DNA of 64,000 nucleotides from Gammaproteobacteria bacterium (GTDB lineage: Bacteria; Pseudomonadota; Gammaproteobacteria; Eutrophobiales; Eutrophobiaceae): assembly GCA_965221695.1 (NCBI GenBank), contig OZ244905.1, positions 3,424,001 through 3,488,000 of the forward strand, in the 5' to 3' direction. The position numbers were made by a program, and so were the translations under genes. Below, one piece after another: positions 28,161 through 38,167 of this stretch; position 1 is the stretch's first letter, and every line of letters begins with the position of its first letter. The notes beneath the pieces were generated by a model. That model made no database searches. It was not told where the DNA came from and was given only the letters and a program-made list of their open reading frames with translations.

Positions 28161-28769
28161 GTGCTCGAATTAGTCAAATCAGGCGGGGTTCTCATATGGC
28201 CGTTGCTGCTGTGCTCGGTCATTTCGCTGGCCATTATCTGTGAGCGCTTCTGGTCGCTGCGAAAGCGACGCATTATCCCCCCGGACCTGGTTAAAACTGT
28301 ATGGGAGTGGAATAAGAACGGGATCCTGGATGGACGCCATATCCAAATCTTGAGGAGAGGCTCGGCGCTGGGGACAATCCTCGCCGCCGGTCTGACCAAC
28401 AGGAAACGAGACCGGGAAGAGATGAAGGAAAGCATAGAGGAGGTCGGGCGTCATGTAAGCCATGAATTAGAACGGTTCCTGAACACCTTGGGCACTATCG
28501 CTTCAATATCACCATTGCTGGGGTTGTTGGGCACAGTGATCGGAATGATCAAGGTCTTTGCCGTCATCACCACACAGGGAGTGGGTGACCCGGCCGTGTT
28601 GGCCGAAGGGATTTCCGAAGCGCTGATCACCACGGCCGTGGGCCTGACCGTAGCCATCCCGTCGTTGATGTTTTATCGCTATTTCCGCGGCCGGGTCGAT
28701 GAGTTGGTGGTGACCATGGAACAGGAAGCGTTGAAACTGGTCGAGGTCATTCACGAGCAAAGAGAGTGA
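28161..28769 (+). CDS. exbB: MotA/TolQ/ExbB proton channel family protein
   Basis: LGTIASISPLLGLLGTVIGMI, GISEALITTAVGLTVAIP. GGAGG RBS before the GTG at 28161. Confidence 0.9.
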   Translation: MLELVKSGGVLIWPLLLCSVISLAIICERFWSLRKRRIIPPDLVKTVWEWNKNGILDGRHIQILRRGSALGTILAAGLTNRKRDREEMKESIEEVGRHVSHELERFLNTLGTIASISPLLGLLGTVIGMIKVFAVITTQGVGDPAVLAEGISEALITTAVGLTVAIPSLMFYRYFRGRVDELVVTMEQEALKLVEVIHEQRE

Positions 28770-29194
28770 ATTTTCGCACCCGTAACCATAGCGAAACAGA
28801 CATCAACATTACACCGTTGATCGATGTCGTGTTTCTGCTGTTGATTTTTTTCATGGTATCCACGACATTCGAGCGCGAATCGGAGATTAAGCTGGTCCTG
28901 CCTGAGGCTTCAGAAGAGCAGCTCGAGGCCCGAGAGGACATCATCCTGGTGAGCATTGATGCGAATGAACAGGTATATGTTGGCGATAAGCCTCTGGCGA
29001 ACTCTAAAATTTCTACGATCAGCACAGCGCTGAAGGAACAGGCGGCCAAACTAGCCGATGCCCCGGTCGTTATCCGCGCCGATGCCGGAGTGAGCCATCA
29101 GGCGGTGATTAAGGTAATGGATGCCGCCAGGCAATCAGGCTTGGTTAACATCACGTTTGCGACGCGGGTTCTCGACGAGGAAAGCGGTGACTAG
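28766..29194 (+). CDS. exbD: Biopolymer transport protein ExbD/TolR
   Basis: INITPLIDVVFLLLIFFMV, IRADA, VMDAA. Confidence 0.92.
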   Translation: MNFRTRNHSETDINITPLIDVVFLLLIFFMVSTTFERESEIKLVLPEASEEQLEAREDIILVSIDANEQVYVGDKPLANSKISTISTALKEQAAKLADAPVVIRADAGVSHQAVIKVMDAARQSGLVNITFATRVLDEESGD

Positions 29195-30215
29195 CCAATC
29201 GGCGATTGGGCAACCAGTACTAGTGTCGCTCCAGCTAAGCATCGAATCTCTCTGGTACGGGCATCGTCATCCGTTGGTTCCGTTGTTGGCGCCGTTGAGC
29301 GGGTTGTATCGGGCGGCGCTGGCTTGCCGCCGGTTTCTGTACGAGTCCGGCATTCTGCCTGTGACCCGACTGCCTGTGCCGATAATCGTGGTAGGCAACC
29401 TGACTGTTGGCGGAACCGGTAAAACCCCGCTGGTCATCTGGCTGGCCCGTTACCTGCGAACTTTGGGATATAAACCGGGCATCATCAGCAGGGGTTACGG
29501 CGGTGCCTCGCCAGCGCGCGCGCAGCGGGTTGAGCCGCAAAGCGATCCAGCCCAGGTGGGCGATGAGCCGGTCATGCTGGCGCAGCGGACCGGGCTCCCG
29601 GTTGTTGTGGCGCCGAACCGGGTAAAAGCCGCGCAAGCGCTTCTGCGGCAGGCGGATTGCGATATCCTGCTAAGCGACGACGGTCTGCAGCACACTTCCT
29701 TGGCCCGGGATGTTGAAATCGTGGTGGTGGACGGCGCGCGCCGTTTTGGCAATGGTCGTTGTTTGCCTGCCGGTCCGTTACGTGAGCCGTTGGCTCGCCT
29801 GAACACAGCGCACCTGATTGTTGGTCGTGAGCGCGCGAACCCAAGTGAATATCTCATGGAATATGCCAGCCTGCCGGCCACATCACTGGACGGTGGGCAG
29901 AAAAGGGAACTGGCGAGTTTCGCGGGGCAGACCGCGCACGCGGTCGCCGCTATCGGTAATCCCAAACAGTTCTTTTCTATGTTGCGACGGTATGGCATCG
30001 ATATTCGGGAACACGCGTTTCCCGATCACCATGTTTTCAGTCGCGCTGAGTTGGCATTTGGCGACGAAGGCCCGACGCTGATGACGGAAAAAGATGCGGT
30101 CAAGTGTCGACGCTTCGGGCTGGAGAATGCCTGGTATGTGCCGATAGACGCGCAACTGCCCGCAACATTTGAACGCAAACTCAGACTATTACTGGAGGAA
30201 GTGAGACATGGATAA
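29187..30215 (+). CDS. lpxK: Tetraacyldisaccharide 4'-kinase
   Basis: [48 protein letters not shown]. Start codon uncertain. Confidence 0.95.
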   Translation: MTSQSAIGQPVLVSLQLSIESLWYGHRHPLVPLLAPLSGLYRAALACRRFLYESGILPVTRLPVPIIVVGNLTVGGTGKTPLVIWLARYLRTLGYKPGIISRGYGGASPARAQRVEPQSDPAQVGDEPVMLAQRTGLPVVVAPNRVKAAQALLRQADCDILLSDDGLQHTSLARDVEIVVVDGARRFGNGRCLPAGPLREPLARLNTAHLIVGRERANPSEYLMEYASLPATSLDGGQKRELASFAGQTAHAVAAIGNPKQFFSMLRRYGIDIREHAFPDHHVFSRAELAFGDEGPTLMTEKDAVKCRRFGLENAWYVPIDAQLPATFERKLRLLLEEVRHG

Positions 30216-30399
30216 GAATTTACTGGAAATACTGGTGTGCCCGGTTACCAAGGGGCCCTTGATCTATGACAAATCGAAGCAGGAACTGATTTCTCTTTCG
30301 GCGCGGCTGGCCTATCCGATACGCGACGATATTCCTATCATGCTGGAAAGCGATGCCCGCGCCCTGAGCCTGGAAGAAGTGGAACATTACCGAAAATGA
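30208..30399 (+). CDS. ycaR: Trm112-like protein (UPF0434)
   Basis: [14 protein letters not shown]...[13 protein letters not shown]; lies between lpxK and kdsB. Confidence 0.92.
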   Translation: MDKNLLEILVCPVTKGPLIYDKSKQELISLSARLAYPIRDDIPIMLESDARALSLEEVEHYRK

Positions 30400-31124
30400 C
30401 ACAGGATTTCCTGGTGGTCATACCTGCCAGGTATGCCGCAAAGCGTCTGCCCGGCAAACCTTTGATTGAATTCGGCGGCAGAACGTTGCTGCAGCATGTT
30501 TACCAGTCTGCGCTGAACAGCAAGGCTATGGAAGTCATTATCGCCACAGATGATGAACGGATCGAAACCGCGGCGCGGGGGTTCGGCGCCAGGGTGGTAA
30601 TGACCTCCCCGGAGCGCCGTTCCGGTACCGACCGCATCGCCGAGGCCGTCACTCGCCTGCAGTTGCCCGCTTCCCGTATCATCGTCAATGTGCAGGGAGA
30701 TGAGCTTGGGTTGCAGCCGGCGCTGATCGACCAGGTTGCCGGCAATCTGTCCAGTCACTCGGACGCGTCCATGGCCAGCTTGTATGCGCCGCTCGGCTCA
30801 GAGCAGGAGTTGAACAACCCCAATTGTGTGAAAGTGGTGGTCGACGCCCAGGGCTACGCGCTGTTATTCAGCCGTGCGGCTTTGCCTTGGGGCGCGCCCG
30901 ATAAAGCTTGCCGGCATATCGGCATATATGCCTATACCTGCGAATTTCTGAAGACGTATACAGCGCTGCCGGTATGCGAACTGGAACAGGCCGAACGGCT
31001 GGAACAATTGCGGGCGCTGTATCATGGCCACCGGATCCATATGGAACAGGCAATGGCGGAACCGGGCCTGGAGATCAATACCCCAGAGGATGTGGAAACG
31101 GCTCTGGGGCTGTTTGCCGCGTAA
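30396..31124 (+). CDS. kdsB: 3-deoxy-manno-octulosonate cytidylyltransferase
   Basis: [41 protein letters not shown]. Confidence 0.95.
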   Translation: MTQDFLVVIPARYAAKRLPGKPLIEFGGRTLLQHVYQSALNSKAMEVIIATDDERIETAARGFGARVVMTSPERRSGTDRIAEAVTRLQLPASRIIVNVQGDELGLQPALIDQVAGNLSSHSDASMASLYAPLGSEQELNNPNCVKVVVDAQGYALLFSRAALPWGAPDKACRHIGIYAYTCEFLKTYTALPVCELEQAERLEQLRALYHGHRIHMEQAMAEPGLEINTPEDVETALGLFAA

Positions 31125-31140
31125 AGAAACTCTGATTAAG
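31125..31140. repeat. Isolated end of the IS5-like mini-element family
   Basis: AGAAACTCTGATTAAG immediately after the kdsB stop; matches the GGAACCTCTGATTAAG end at 16090. Confidence 0.45.
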
Positions 31141-31269
31141 CCCGGGCTTGTTTAATATTGGCCCAATGCTGACAAGCGAATTGGGGAGATATTCGGGCTA
31201 AGCCAACTTGTGAGCAGTCCGTGCTTGAGCGCCTCGGACCTGCTCAGTCAGCCCATGATGTGCATCAAA

Positions 31270-31488
31270 CTATCGATTGCGGTAGGTGATCCTGCCTTTT
31301 GACAGGTCGTATGGGGTCATTTCAACGGTGACGCGATCACCGGTAAGGATGCGTATGTAGTTTTTGCGCATTTTTCCGGAAATATGGGCGGTTATGATGT
31401 GTCCACTATCCAGTTCGACCCTGAACATGGTGTTCGGAAGGGTTTCTGTTATTGTTCCTTCCATTTCAATCTGATCTTCTTTTGGCAT
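31270..31488 (-). CDS. infA: Translation initiation factor IF-1
   Basis: [11 protein letters not shown]...[10 protein letters not shown]...[18 protein letters not shown]...PYDLSKGRI; 72 aa. Confidence 0.99.
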   Translation of the reverse strand: MPKEDQIEMEGTITETLPNTMFRVELDSGHIITAHISGKMRKNYIRILTGDRVTVEMTPYDLSKGRITYRNR

Positions 31489-31572
31489 GCTTTCTCACTG
31501 TTGTAAAAGATGAGATTATGGCGTAAAAATCTGTATTTTGCCAGAGCAGACTTGATCAGAATATACTGCGCT

Positions 31573-32268
31573 TCATGAGCAATAATGTTTCAGGATGTTG
31601 ATAAACCTGTTACGCGGCATAGATTCGGCGCCCAGGCTTTCCAGGTGGCTGGAATGTACCTGGCAATCTATGAGGCGGAAACGGCGCTTGTCCAGCATGT
31701 CTGCCAAGCGCGCCAGCGCGACCTTGGACGCATCGGTCTCGCGGCTGAACATGGACTCGCCGAAAAACACCCTGCCGATGACCAGGCCATAAAGTCCACC
31801 AGCCAGCGTCCCTTCATGCCAGCATTCGCACGAGATGGCATGCCCCAGGCGGTGCAGCCTGATATATGCCTCAGCCATCTCGGCTGTTATCCAGGTGCTG
31901 ACATCGTTACCGCGCGGCGCTGAGCAACCCTGCACCACTTGCGCAAATGCCTGGTTGAAAGAGACTTTGAATTTGTTTCGTTTCAGAGTCCGAGCCAGAC
32001 TGCGGCTGATCTTGAGCTGTCCCGGTTCCAGCACACAGCGCGGGTCCGGCGACCACCACAGAATCGGTTGCCCCTGGCTGTACCAGGGAAAAATACCGCG
32101 CCGGTAGGCATTCAGCAACGTATCGGGTTCCAGGTTGCCGCCGATAGCCAGCAGCCCGTCCGGTTGGCGCAGGGCTTTTGTGACGTCAGGCAGGTTTGCG
32201 ACGATACGATTGTCCGCGACCCAGAAGAATTGCCCGCCTGCTATCTGACCGGTACCCGCTTGCGCCAT
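31573..32268 (-). CDS. aat: Leucyl/phenylalanyl-tRNA--protein transferase
   Basis: PDGLLAIGG, AYRRGIFPW, WWSPDPR, GGLYG, FFGESMFS, DASKVAL, IDCQ. Adjacent to infA. Confidence 0.96.
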   Translation of the reverse strand: MAQAGTGQIAGGQFFWVADNRIVANLPDVTKALRQPDGLLAIGGNLEPDTLLNAYRRGIFPWYSQGQPILWWSPDPRCVLEPGQLKISRSLARTLKRNKFKVSFNQAFAQVVQGCSAPRGNDVSTWITAEMAEAYIRLHRLGHAISCECWHEGTLAGGLYGLVIGRVFFGESMFSRETDASKVALARLADMLDKRRFRLIDCQVHSSHLESLGAESMPRNRFINILKHYCS

Positions 32269-32286
32269 GTTTTATCCGGGTTAACG

Positions 32287-33261
32287 CTAACCGCCAAAAA
32301 AATCCAGCAACAGGCGGTTTACCGTAGCAGGTTGTTCCAGCATGAACCAATGCCCGGCGTCCTCTATGCGTTCATAGCGCCAGGGTCCCGACACGTTGAT
32401 ACGCGACTCCTGCATCTGTTTTTCCTTCAGGAACGGGTCGGCGCTGCTCCAGATGCCCATTACCGGCATGTCTACCAGGGGATAGTTGAGGCCGGTATGC
32501 AGCCCGCCCCAGCCCCGGGTGTTGGCGCGGTACCAGTTCAACGCCGCAGTCAGCGCGCCGGGACGTGACAGGTCCCGGATAAAATGATCCTGGTCGCCGC
32601 TGTCGCGGGTGATACGCCTGAAGAAGTCCCAGTCGTTCGCGGTCAATGCGTTCTCCGCGATCCCGGTCTTGTTGAAGAAATCGAAATACCAGGACGCCTC
32701 TCTCTGCTCAATGGTGTCCCAACCGGGATTGCCCGAAGAGCCGACCGACATCACGACCAGTTGCTCGAAGCGCTCCGGTAGGGTCGCGGCCATCACCCAT
32801 GCGAGCCCGGCCCCGAAGTCGTGGCCGACCAGCCTGGCCTTTTTTATCTCAAGTTGGTCCATGATGCCGATGATGTCTCCGGCAAGCAGTTCGATGCGAT
32901 AATGCTCGACCCCATCGGGACGGCTGGCATGGCCGAAACCGCGTTGGTCCGGCGCGATGACCCGGTAGCCGCCATCGGCAATCGCCTGTACCTGGTAGCG
33001 CCAAACCTCGCGCGAATCCGGGAAGCCATGCAGGAACACCACGTCCGGTCCCTCTCCGTACACGGTGACCGGAAACACCAGGTCATTGACGGTCACGGTC
33101 CTGGAATGGGCTGACATGTCGAAGGGTGTTACGGTTTCCTGCTGCGCCAGGCAAGCCTGGCAACAGAGCAGGATCATGATTGTACTGAGGATGGGTTTGC
33201 CGATCTGGCGGGCGCGTGCTGGCATAGTCTGCGGATAGAAATATCTGATTCTTGCGCACAT
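32287..33261 (-). CDS. Alpha/beta hydrolase, epoxide hydrolase type, with a probable signal peptide
   Basis: HGFP, APDQRGFG, Asp nucleophile GHDFGA, SWY and NWYRAN tyrosines, AGHW. Alternative start at 33225. Confidence 0.85.
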   Translation of the reverse strand: MCARIRYFYPQTMPARARQIGKPILSTIMILLCCQACLAQQETVTPFDMSAHSRTVTVNDLVFPVTVYGEGPDVVFLHGFPDSREVWRYQVQAIADGGYRVIAPDQRGFGHASRPDGVEHYRIELLAGDIIGIMDQLEIKKARLVGHDFGAGLAWVMAATLPERFEQLVVMSVGSSGNPGWDTIEQREASWYFDFFNKTGIAENALTANDWDFFRRITRDSGDQDHFIRDLSRPGALTAALNWYRANTRGWGGLHTGLNYPLVDMPVMGIWSSADPFLKEKQMQESRINVSGPWRYERIEDAGHWFMLEQPATVNRLLLDFFGG

Positions 33262-33353
33262 GATACGTTACAATTTACCAGGCTGAAAGCGCGCACTAAT
33301 TTAGTAGTGAAAGTCAGGCAAAATAATGTATCGCCTGCGGCGATAATTTTTTC

Positions 33354-33441
33354 ACTGGATTCCCGTTTACACGGGAATGGGGTGGGGGCACTTGCGTGAG
33401 CACTGCCACCGTACCACTCCCACGAAAGTGGGAGTCCAGTC
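33354..33441. repeat. Inverted doublet of dRS3/REP-like hairpins
   Basis: ACTGGATTCCC-GTTTACAC-GGGAATGG at 33354-33380 and, in the opposite orientation, CCGTACCACTCCC-ACGAAAGT-GGGAGTCCAGTC at 33409-33441. Confidence 0.75.
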
Positions 33442-33500
33442 AAATACTGTGCCGCCCGCAGGGCGGCCCTTTGTAAATATGAAATCTACAGGTTTATGAA

Positions 33501-34880
33501 TTGAAACATCTGGCGTACATTGCGCTTGGCGCACTGCTTGCCCTGCTCGGCAATAACTTCTTCGCCAGTTCGACTAAGCCTGATTTGCAGCGTCTTTACA
33601 TGCAAAGCATGGCCGTGAAAGACCAGCCCCCGGTCGTCTTTATCCACGGCATCCTCGGCAGTAAACTCAAACATGAGCAGACCGACGAAGAACTATGGTT
33701 CGGGCCTTTATGGAAATTGCTGTTTGATCATCATTATGACCTGGCGATGGGCATTGATCCGGTCACGTTGCAGCCGCAGCCCGGCGCGCTAAAGGCGTTT
33801 GCGATTGCAGACAATACGGCCGGCAAGGACTACTACGGGAACGTGCTGCGCACCCTGGAGGAAGTGGGCAACTATCAGAAGGCGATGCCCGGCCAGGAAA
33901 TCCGCGCGCAGACAAAGTATTACTATGAGTTTTACTACGATTGGCGACTGGACAACGCAGTAAACGCGGCGCGCCTCGCGGATTTTATTGATCGCATCAG
34001 GTTGGACCACGACAATCCGGACCTGAAGGTCGATATTGTCGCACACAGCATGGGTGGCCTGATTGCCCGGTACTACATACGTTACGGCCGCGCCGATGTA
34101 TTGGACAGCAACGATTTCCCGGTAAACATGTACGGCGCAGAGCGGGTCAGGCGCGTTGTTCTGCTGGGGACTCCCAGCCTGGGGTCGGTAAAAATTCTGA
34201 ACGCGTTTATCGATGGCATCCAGGTCGGCTTCAGGAAGATCAATACCGAGATCCTGGTGACCATGCCGAGCCTGTACCAGTTGTTGCCGCATCCCATCAA
34301 TACCTGGATCGTGACTGCCGAGGGCGCGCCGCTGGCGCGTGACATATTCGATGTGAACCTGTGGCGGCGTTTCAAGTGGTCGATCTTTGATGAGGATACT
34401 CGTGCTCGCATCCGCGCCCGATATGATAATACTGAGGAGGCTGAAGCCTATCTCAAGACCCTGGACGCGTATTTTGACAAATCACTGGAGCGTGCCCGGC
34501 GCTTTGTCTGGTCCTTGACCGTGCCGTTGCCAGAGGAACATCCGCGGTTGATCGTATTTGGCGGCGGTTGCGCGCTGACCCCGGCCCGGATCCTGGTTGA
34601 AGAAGTGGAGGGCATATCGGAAATCCGGATGTACCCGGACGAGGTCACGCAACCGGTTCCGGGTGTGGATTACGATATGCTGCTGTTGGAACCGGGTGAC
34701 GGCGCAGTGACCAAGGCGTCCCTGCTGGGGCGCAACACCCTGGACCCGAGCGTGCCGCGCCATGAATACAGTTTTTTCCCGTTGCACCATGCATTCCTGC
34801 TCTGCGAAAAACACGACAGTCTGACCGGCAATATCAGTTTCCGGGATAATTTACTGAATACACTGTTATCGGTGGATTGA
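33501..34880 (+). CDS. Exported lipase/acyltransferase (LCAT/PGAP1-like alpha/beta hydrolase)
   Basis: Hydrophobic N-terminus, FIHGILGS, YYDWR, AHSMGG nucleophile elbow, LGTP, GDGAV, late His. Confidence 0.8.
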   Translation: MKHLAYIALGALLALLGNNFFASSTKPDLQRLYMQSMAVKDQPPVVFIHGILGSKLKHEQTDEELWFGPLWKLLFDHHYDLAMGIDPVTLQPQPGALKAFAIADNTAGKDYYGNVLRTLEEVGNYQKAMPGQEIRAQTKYYYEFYYDWRLDNAVNAARLADFIDRIRLDHDNPDLKVDIVAHSMGGLIARYYIRYGRADVLDSNDFPVNMYGAERVRRVVLLGTPSLGSVKILNAFIDGIQVGFRKINTEILVTMPSLYQLLPHPINTWIVTAEGAPLARDIFDVNLWRRFKWSIFDEDTRARIRARYDNTEEAEAYLKTLDAYFDKSLERARRFVWSLTVPLPEEHPRLIVFGGGCALTPARILVEEVEGISEIRMYPDEVTQPVPGVDYDMLLLEPGDGAVTKASLLGRNTLDPSVPRHEYSFFPLHHAFLLCEKHDSLTGNISFRDNLLNTLLSVD

Positions 34881-34965
34881 TTGTGAGCGCAATAATAATC
34901 GCATTTTTTGTTTTGTGTACTCTGACAGGCCTACAGCGGTTCGTCCTGCGGGCGACATAATAGTA

Positions 34966-34998
34966 GACTGGACTCCCGCTGTTGCGGGAGTGGTACGG
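34966..34998. repeat. dRS3/REP-like hairpin
   Basis: GACTGGACTCCC-GCTGTTGC-GGGAGTGGTACGG; flanks are identical to the reverse complement of 33409-33441. Confidence 0.75.
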
Positions 34999-35079
34999 AG
35001 GTATAGACTGGCCTGTGCCAAAATTTAGATGCAGTCGCGACCTGCAGAGTTCTGATCATGAGGGTTTGGAATTGAGGCT

Positions 35080-36804
35080 ATGAGAATAATCGTGTCATTG
35101 AAATCAATAATTCTTGCGCTGTCGTTATTCGGCGTTGGCGTGCAGGCCGTTGCACTCACCGCTCTTCAGGATGAAGCGGCATTGCATCCGGACAATATCA
35201 TTTACCTGGAGCAGAACTGGGATGATGCCGACCGGCAGTGGTTCTACCACCTGGACCAGGGTTCCAGCCTGTTGTCCTATGACTTGTTCCTGCGCCTGGA
35301 GCGGCACGACAGTGAAGAGTTGTTGCGCGACCCGCTGAACATGATGCGCTTCGGTTTCCTGCCCGGGGTCAGGTCGCGGACAAATCCCGACGCGTTGCCC
35401 ATCGGTTTCGCCCGCAATCGGGACAATGTCGGCCTGACCTGCGCGGCCTGCCATACCCAGCATATCCGTTATAACGGCACGCTGCTGCGCATTGACGGTG
35501 GCCAGGCCATGATGGACCTGCAACTTTTTCTGGAACACCTGGAGCAGTCTCTTGCGCGCACGCTCAGCGACAATGATAAGCTGGATCGGCTGAGCCGGCG
35601 CTTCCATGACGGCGGACCCACACAGGAGGAATTCCTGGCATTGAAGAGCCTGCTGCAACAGGACTTTGCCCGCATCAGCGACACCAACCGCCGCAACCAC
35701 ACGCGCGTCCCGTATGGCTTTACGCGCCTGGATGCGTTCGGAGCGATCCTGAACAAGAGCCTGTCCCTGACCGGCGTGGAAGACAATTTCAATGAACCGG
35801 ACGCCCCCACCAGTTATCCTTACCTGTGGGATACGCCGCAGCATGATTACGTGGAGTGGAACGGTTCCCAGGCCAATTCCCATGTCGGCGCGCTGGCAAG
35901 AAATGTCGGCGAGGTGATCGGGGTTTTCGGCCGGGTGGATACCACACCGGCGACCTGGCTGGGCTTCTACGACGCCGGCTATCCCTCCACGGTGCGCGCG
36001 GACAACCTGCGCGCGGTAGAAAAAAAAGTTGCCGAATTGCATTCACCGCTGTGGCCGGCGGTCTTTCCCGCCATCGATCATGAGCAGGCAGCGCGGGGCA
36101 GGGCGCTATATGAAACCTATTGTCTCAGTTGCCACCAGGATATCGACCGGACCGATCCGGGACGCAGCATCAAGGTGCGCATGAGTAGCATAGAGAAACT
36201 GGGAACCGATCCGAAAATGGCGAAGAATGTCGTCGAAATACTTGGAAAAACCGGCATTTTCCGCGATAAACCACGCTTCTACCTAGTTGGGTCCGTGCTC
36301 GGTGAGGAGGAACCCGCGCTGTTTGTGCTGAACAACCTGATTGGCGGCGTGCTGAGGAACAACCCGTTGCAGACCTTGCTGGCAATCAGGGATGCGAAAA
36401 AACTGGGTCACCCGGATGTAATACATCCGCCGAAATACCTGGACGGGGCGCTCCTCGAAAGCGGCAAGACGGTTACCGACCGGGCGTTGCTGGCTTACAA
36501 GGCAAGACCGTTGAACGGCGTCTGGAGCAGCGCGCCCTTCCTGCATAACGGTTCGGTCGCGAATCTGTATGAACTGATGCTGCCCGCTACCGAGCGCAGC
36601 GATACGTTCTACATCGGTAGTTGGGAATATGACCCGGTAAAGGTCGGTTATGTCGACCGTCCGGCGCCCGGCGCATTCATGGTTGATACCAGCCTGCCAG
36701 GCAACAGCAATGCCGGACATGAGTACGGCGCCGGCGCTGACGGGCTGCCTATCCTGACCGATGAGGAAATATGGGCATTGGTTGAATACTTAAAAACGCT
36801 TTAA
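35080..36804 (+). CDS. Exported di-heme cytochrome c enzyme, RoxA / fatty-acid di-heme CCP (oleate dioxygenase-like) family
   Basis: Signal peptide, LEQNW...WFY...QGS, CAACH and CLSCH heme motifs, YKARPLNGVWSSAPFLHNGSV, GNSNAGHEYG, LVEYLKTL. Confidence 0.8.
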   Translation: MRIIVSLKSIILALSLFGVGVQAVALTALQDEAALHPDNIIYLEQNWDDADRQWFYHLDQGSSLLSYDLFLRLERHDSEELLRDPLNMMRFGFLPGVRSRTNPDALPIGFARNRDNVGLTCAACHTQHIRYNGTLLRIDGGQAMMDLQLFLEHLEQSLARTLSDNDKLDRLSRRFHDGGPTQEEFLALKSLLQQDFARISDTNRRNHTRVPYGFTRLDAFGAILNKSLSLTGVEDNFNEPDAPTSYPYLWDTPQHDYVEWNGSQANSHVGALARNVGEVIGVFGRVDTTPATWLGFYDAGYPSTVRADNLRAVEKKVAELHSPLWPAVFPAIDHEQAARGRALYETYCLSCHQDIDRTDPGRSIKVRMSSIEKLGTDPKMAKNVVEILGKTGIFRDKPRFYLVGSVLGEEEPALFVLNNLIGGVLRNNPLQTLLAIRDAKKLGHPDVIHPPKYLDGALLESGKTVTDRALLAYKARPLNGVWSSAPFLHNGSVANLYELMLPATERSDTFYIGSWEYDPVKVGYVDRPAPGAFMVDTSLPGNSNAGHEYGAGADGLPILTDEEIWALVEYLKTL

Positions 36805-36852
36805 CCTGAACGTAGTGACGGACAAGTCCGAATAGAACCGGTCAATTACCCG

Positions 36853-38043
36853 ATGACACACAGATTTCAATTTGCCGCTGCACGCGCTTGCCGGAACTCC
36901 GGGATAACCGGGATTTGCCATGGGAACAGGTTGCCGGCCGGCTGTATGCCGGCGTTTGCCGCGCTGGTTCTGGCCGTTATTCTTGCAGGTTGCGCCGATA
37001 AGGATTTCAGCAATGAAGTACTGCGGGAGGACGAGGTGGAGCAGGGCGAGGCTGCCCGGACCAGCTTCGAACGGCTGGTGGAGGAATATCGAACCACGTA
37101 TGTCGCCCGCGGCGCCCATGCCAAGGCCCATGCCTGCGTGCGGGCTTATTTCGATGTGCTGCCGGATCTCCGCAGCGAGTTCCGTTACGGCGTGTTTGCC
37201 GAGCCAGGTAGGCGTTACCGGACCTGGGTACGGTTTTCCAACGGCCATTTCAACCTGGCGACCAGCCAGGATTACAACAACGACGCCAGGGGCATGGCGC
37301 TGAAGCTGATGGGGATTCGCGGCAAACCGCTTGAACGGGATGGCATCAACGGTTCGACACAGGACTTTCTGATGGCAAACACGCCGGTGTTTTTTGTCAG
37401 GAACATGGCGGATTACAATTCATTTATCGCCAAGCCGGAAAACCTGAGGGCTTTTTTCTTCCCTGGCTTAAATCCGTTCAAATGGCGCGTCAAGGAATTG
37501 TTCGCGGGCAAACGAGTGCTTTCCCCGCCACCTGCGAGCGTGCTTGACCCGGTGTATTTCAGCATCACGCCTTATAAACTGGGCCCGCGCAACATCAAGT
37601 TCGCAGCGAGGCCCTGCAATGCGCGCGCCGCGGACAAACCGGTCATCGATGAGCATACCGGGCCTGATTTCTTGCGTGAGCAACTGCGTGAAGAACTGGA
37701 CCACACCGCCGCCTGTTTCATCTTCCAGGTGCAGGCGCAGCCCCTGGACGCAGACGGACTGTCCCTGGATGATGCAACCCAAGCCTGGACTGAAGAAGAT
37801 GTCCCGTTTGTGCCGCTGGCGACGATCAGCATTCCGCGGCAGGATTTCTCAGGCGATCAACAGGCCCAATTCTGTGAAAACCTGTCATTCTCGCCCTGGC
37901 ATGCATTGCCGGAACATCGCCCTTTGGGACAGCTTAATCGTTTGCGCAGACATGCCTACCCTGCCTCATCCGACTATCGGCACGAACAGAACCAGGCGCA
38001 GGTACCGAACGCGCTAGCCTACTGGCGGTCCGGAAATCTATGA
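36853..38043 (+). CDS. Short catalase-related heme protein (allene oxide synthase/hydroperoxide lyase-like), probable lipoprotein
   Basis: RGAHAK distal His, VRFSNG, DARGMALK, QDFLMAN, FSPWH..PEHRPLG.LNR.R...Y proximal Tyr. Lipobox VILAGC; likely start at ATG 36946. Confidence 0.8.
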   Translation: MTHRFQFAAARACRNSGITGICHGNRLPAGCMPAFAALVLAVILAGCADKDFSNEVLREDEVEQGEAARTSFERLVEEYRTTYVARGAHAKAHACVRAYFDVLPDLRSEFRYGVFAEPGRRYRTWVRFSNGHFNLATSQDYNNDARGMALKLMGIRGKPLERDGINGSTQDFLMANTPVFFVRNMADYNSFIAKPENLRAFFFPGLNPFKWRVKELFAGKRVLSPPPASVLDPVYFSITPYKLGPRNIKFAARPCNARAADKPVIDEHTGPDFLREQLREELDHTAACFIFQVQAQPLDADGLSLDDATQAWTEEDVPFVPLATISIPRQDFSGDQQAQFCENLSFSPWHALPEHRPLGQLNRLRRHAYPASSDYRHEQNQAQVPNALAYWRSGNL

Positions 38044-38167
38044 CATCTGATTAGCCCGCAGGCAAGCGGGACGCGTGCGGTCCCGGGTTGGGCCAGGATA
38101 ATTCGGCGCCGCGCTCAAATAAAACCAAAGAATGTTTGGCAGTATCAGGGTAACAGCTAACGAAGCG

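Noticed and set aside
33354-33441. Possible CRISPR mini-array
   Set aside because: There are only two units, in inverted orientation, with no spacer periodicity and no cas genes.
36853-38043. Ordinary H2O2-detoxifying catalase under OxyR control
   Set aside because: It is too short for a typical monofunctional catalase, has a lipobox, and is linked to the di-heme gene rather than to oxyR. Not excluded experimentally.
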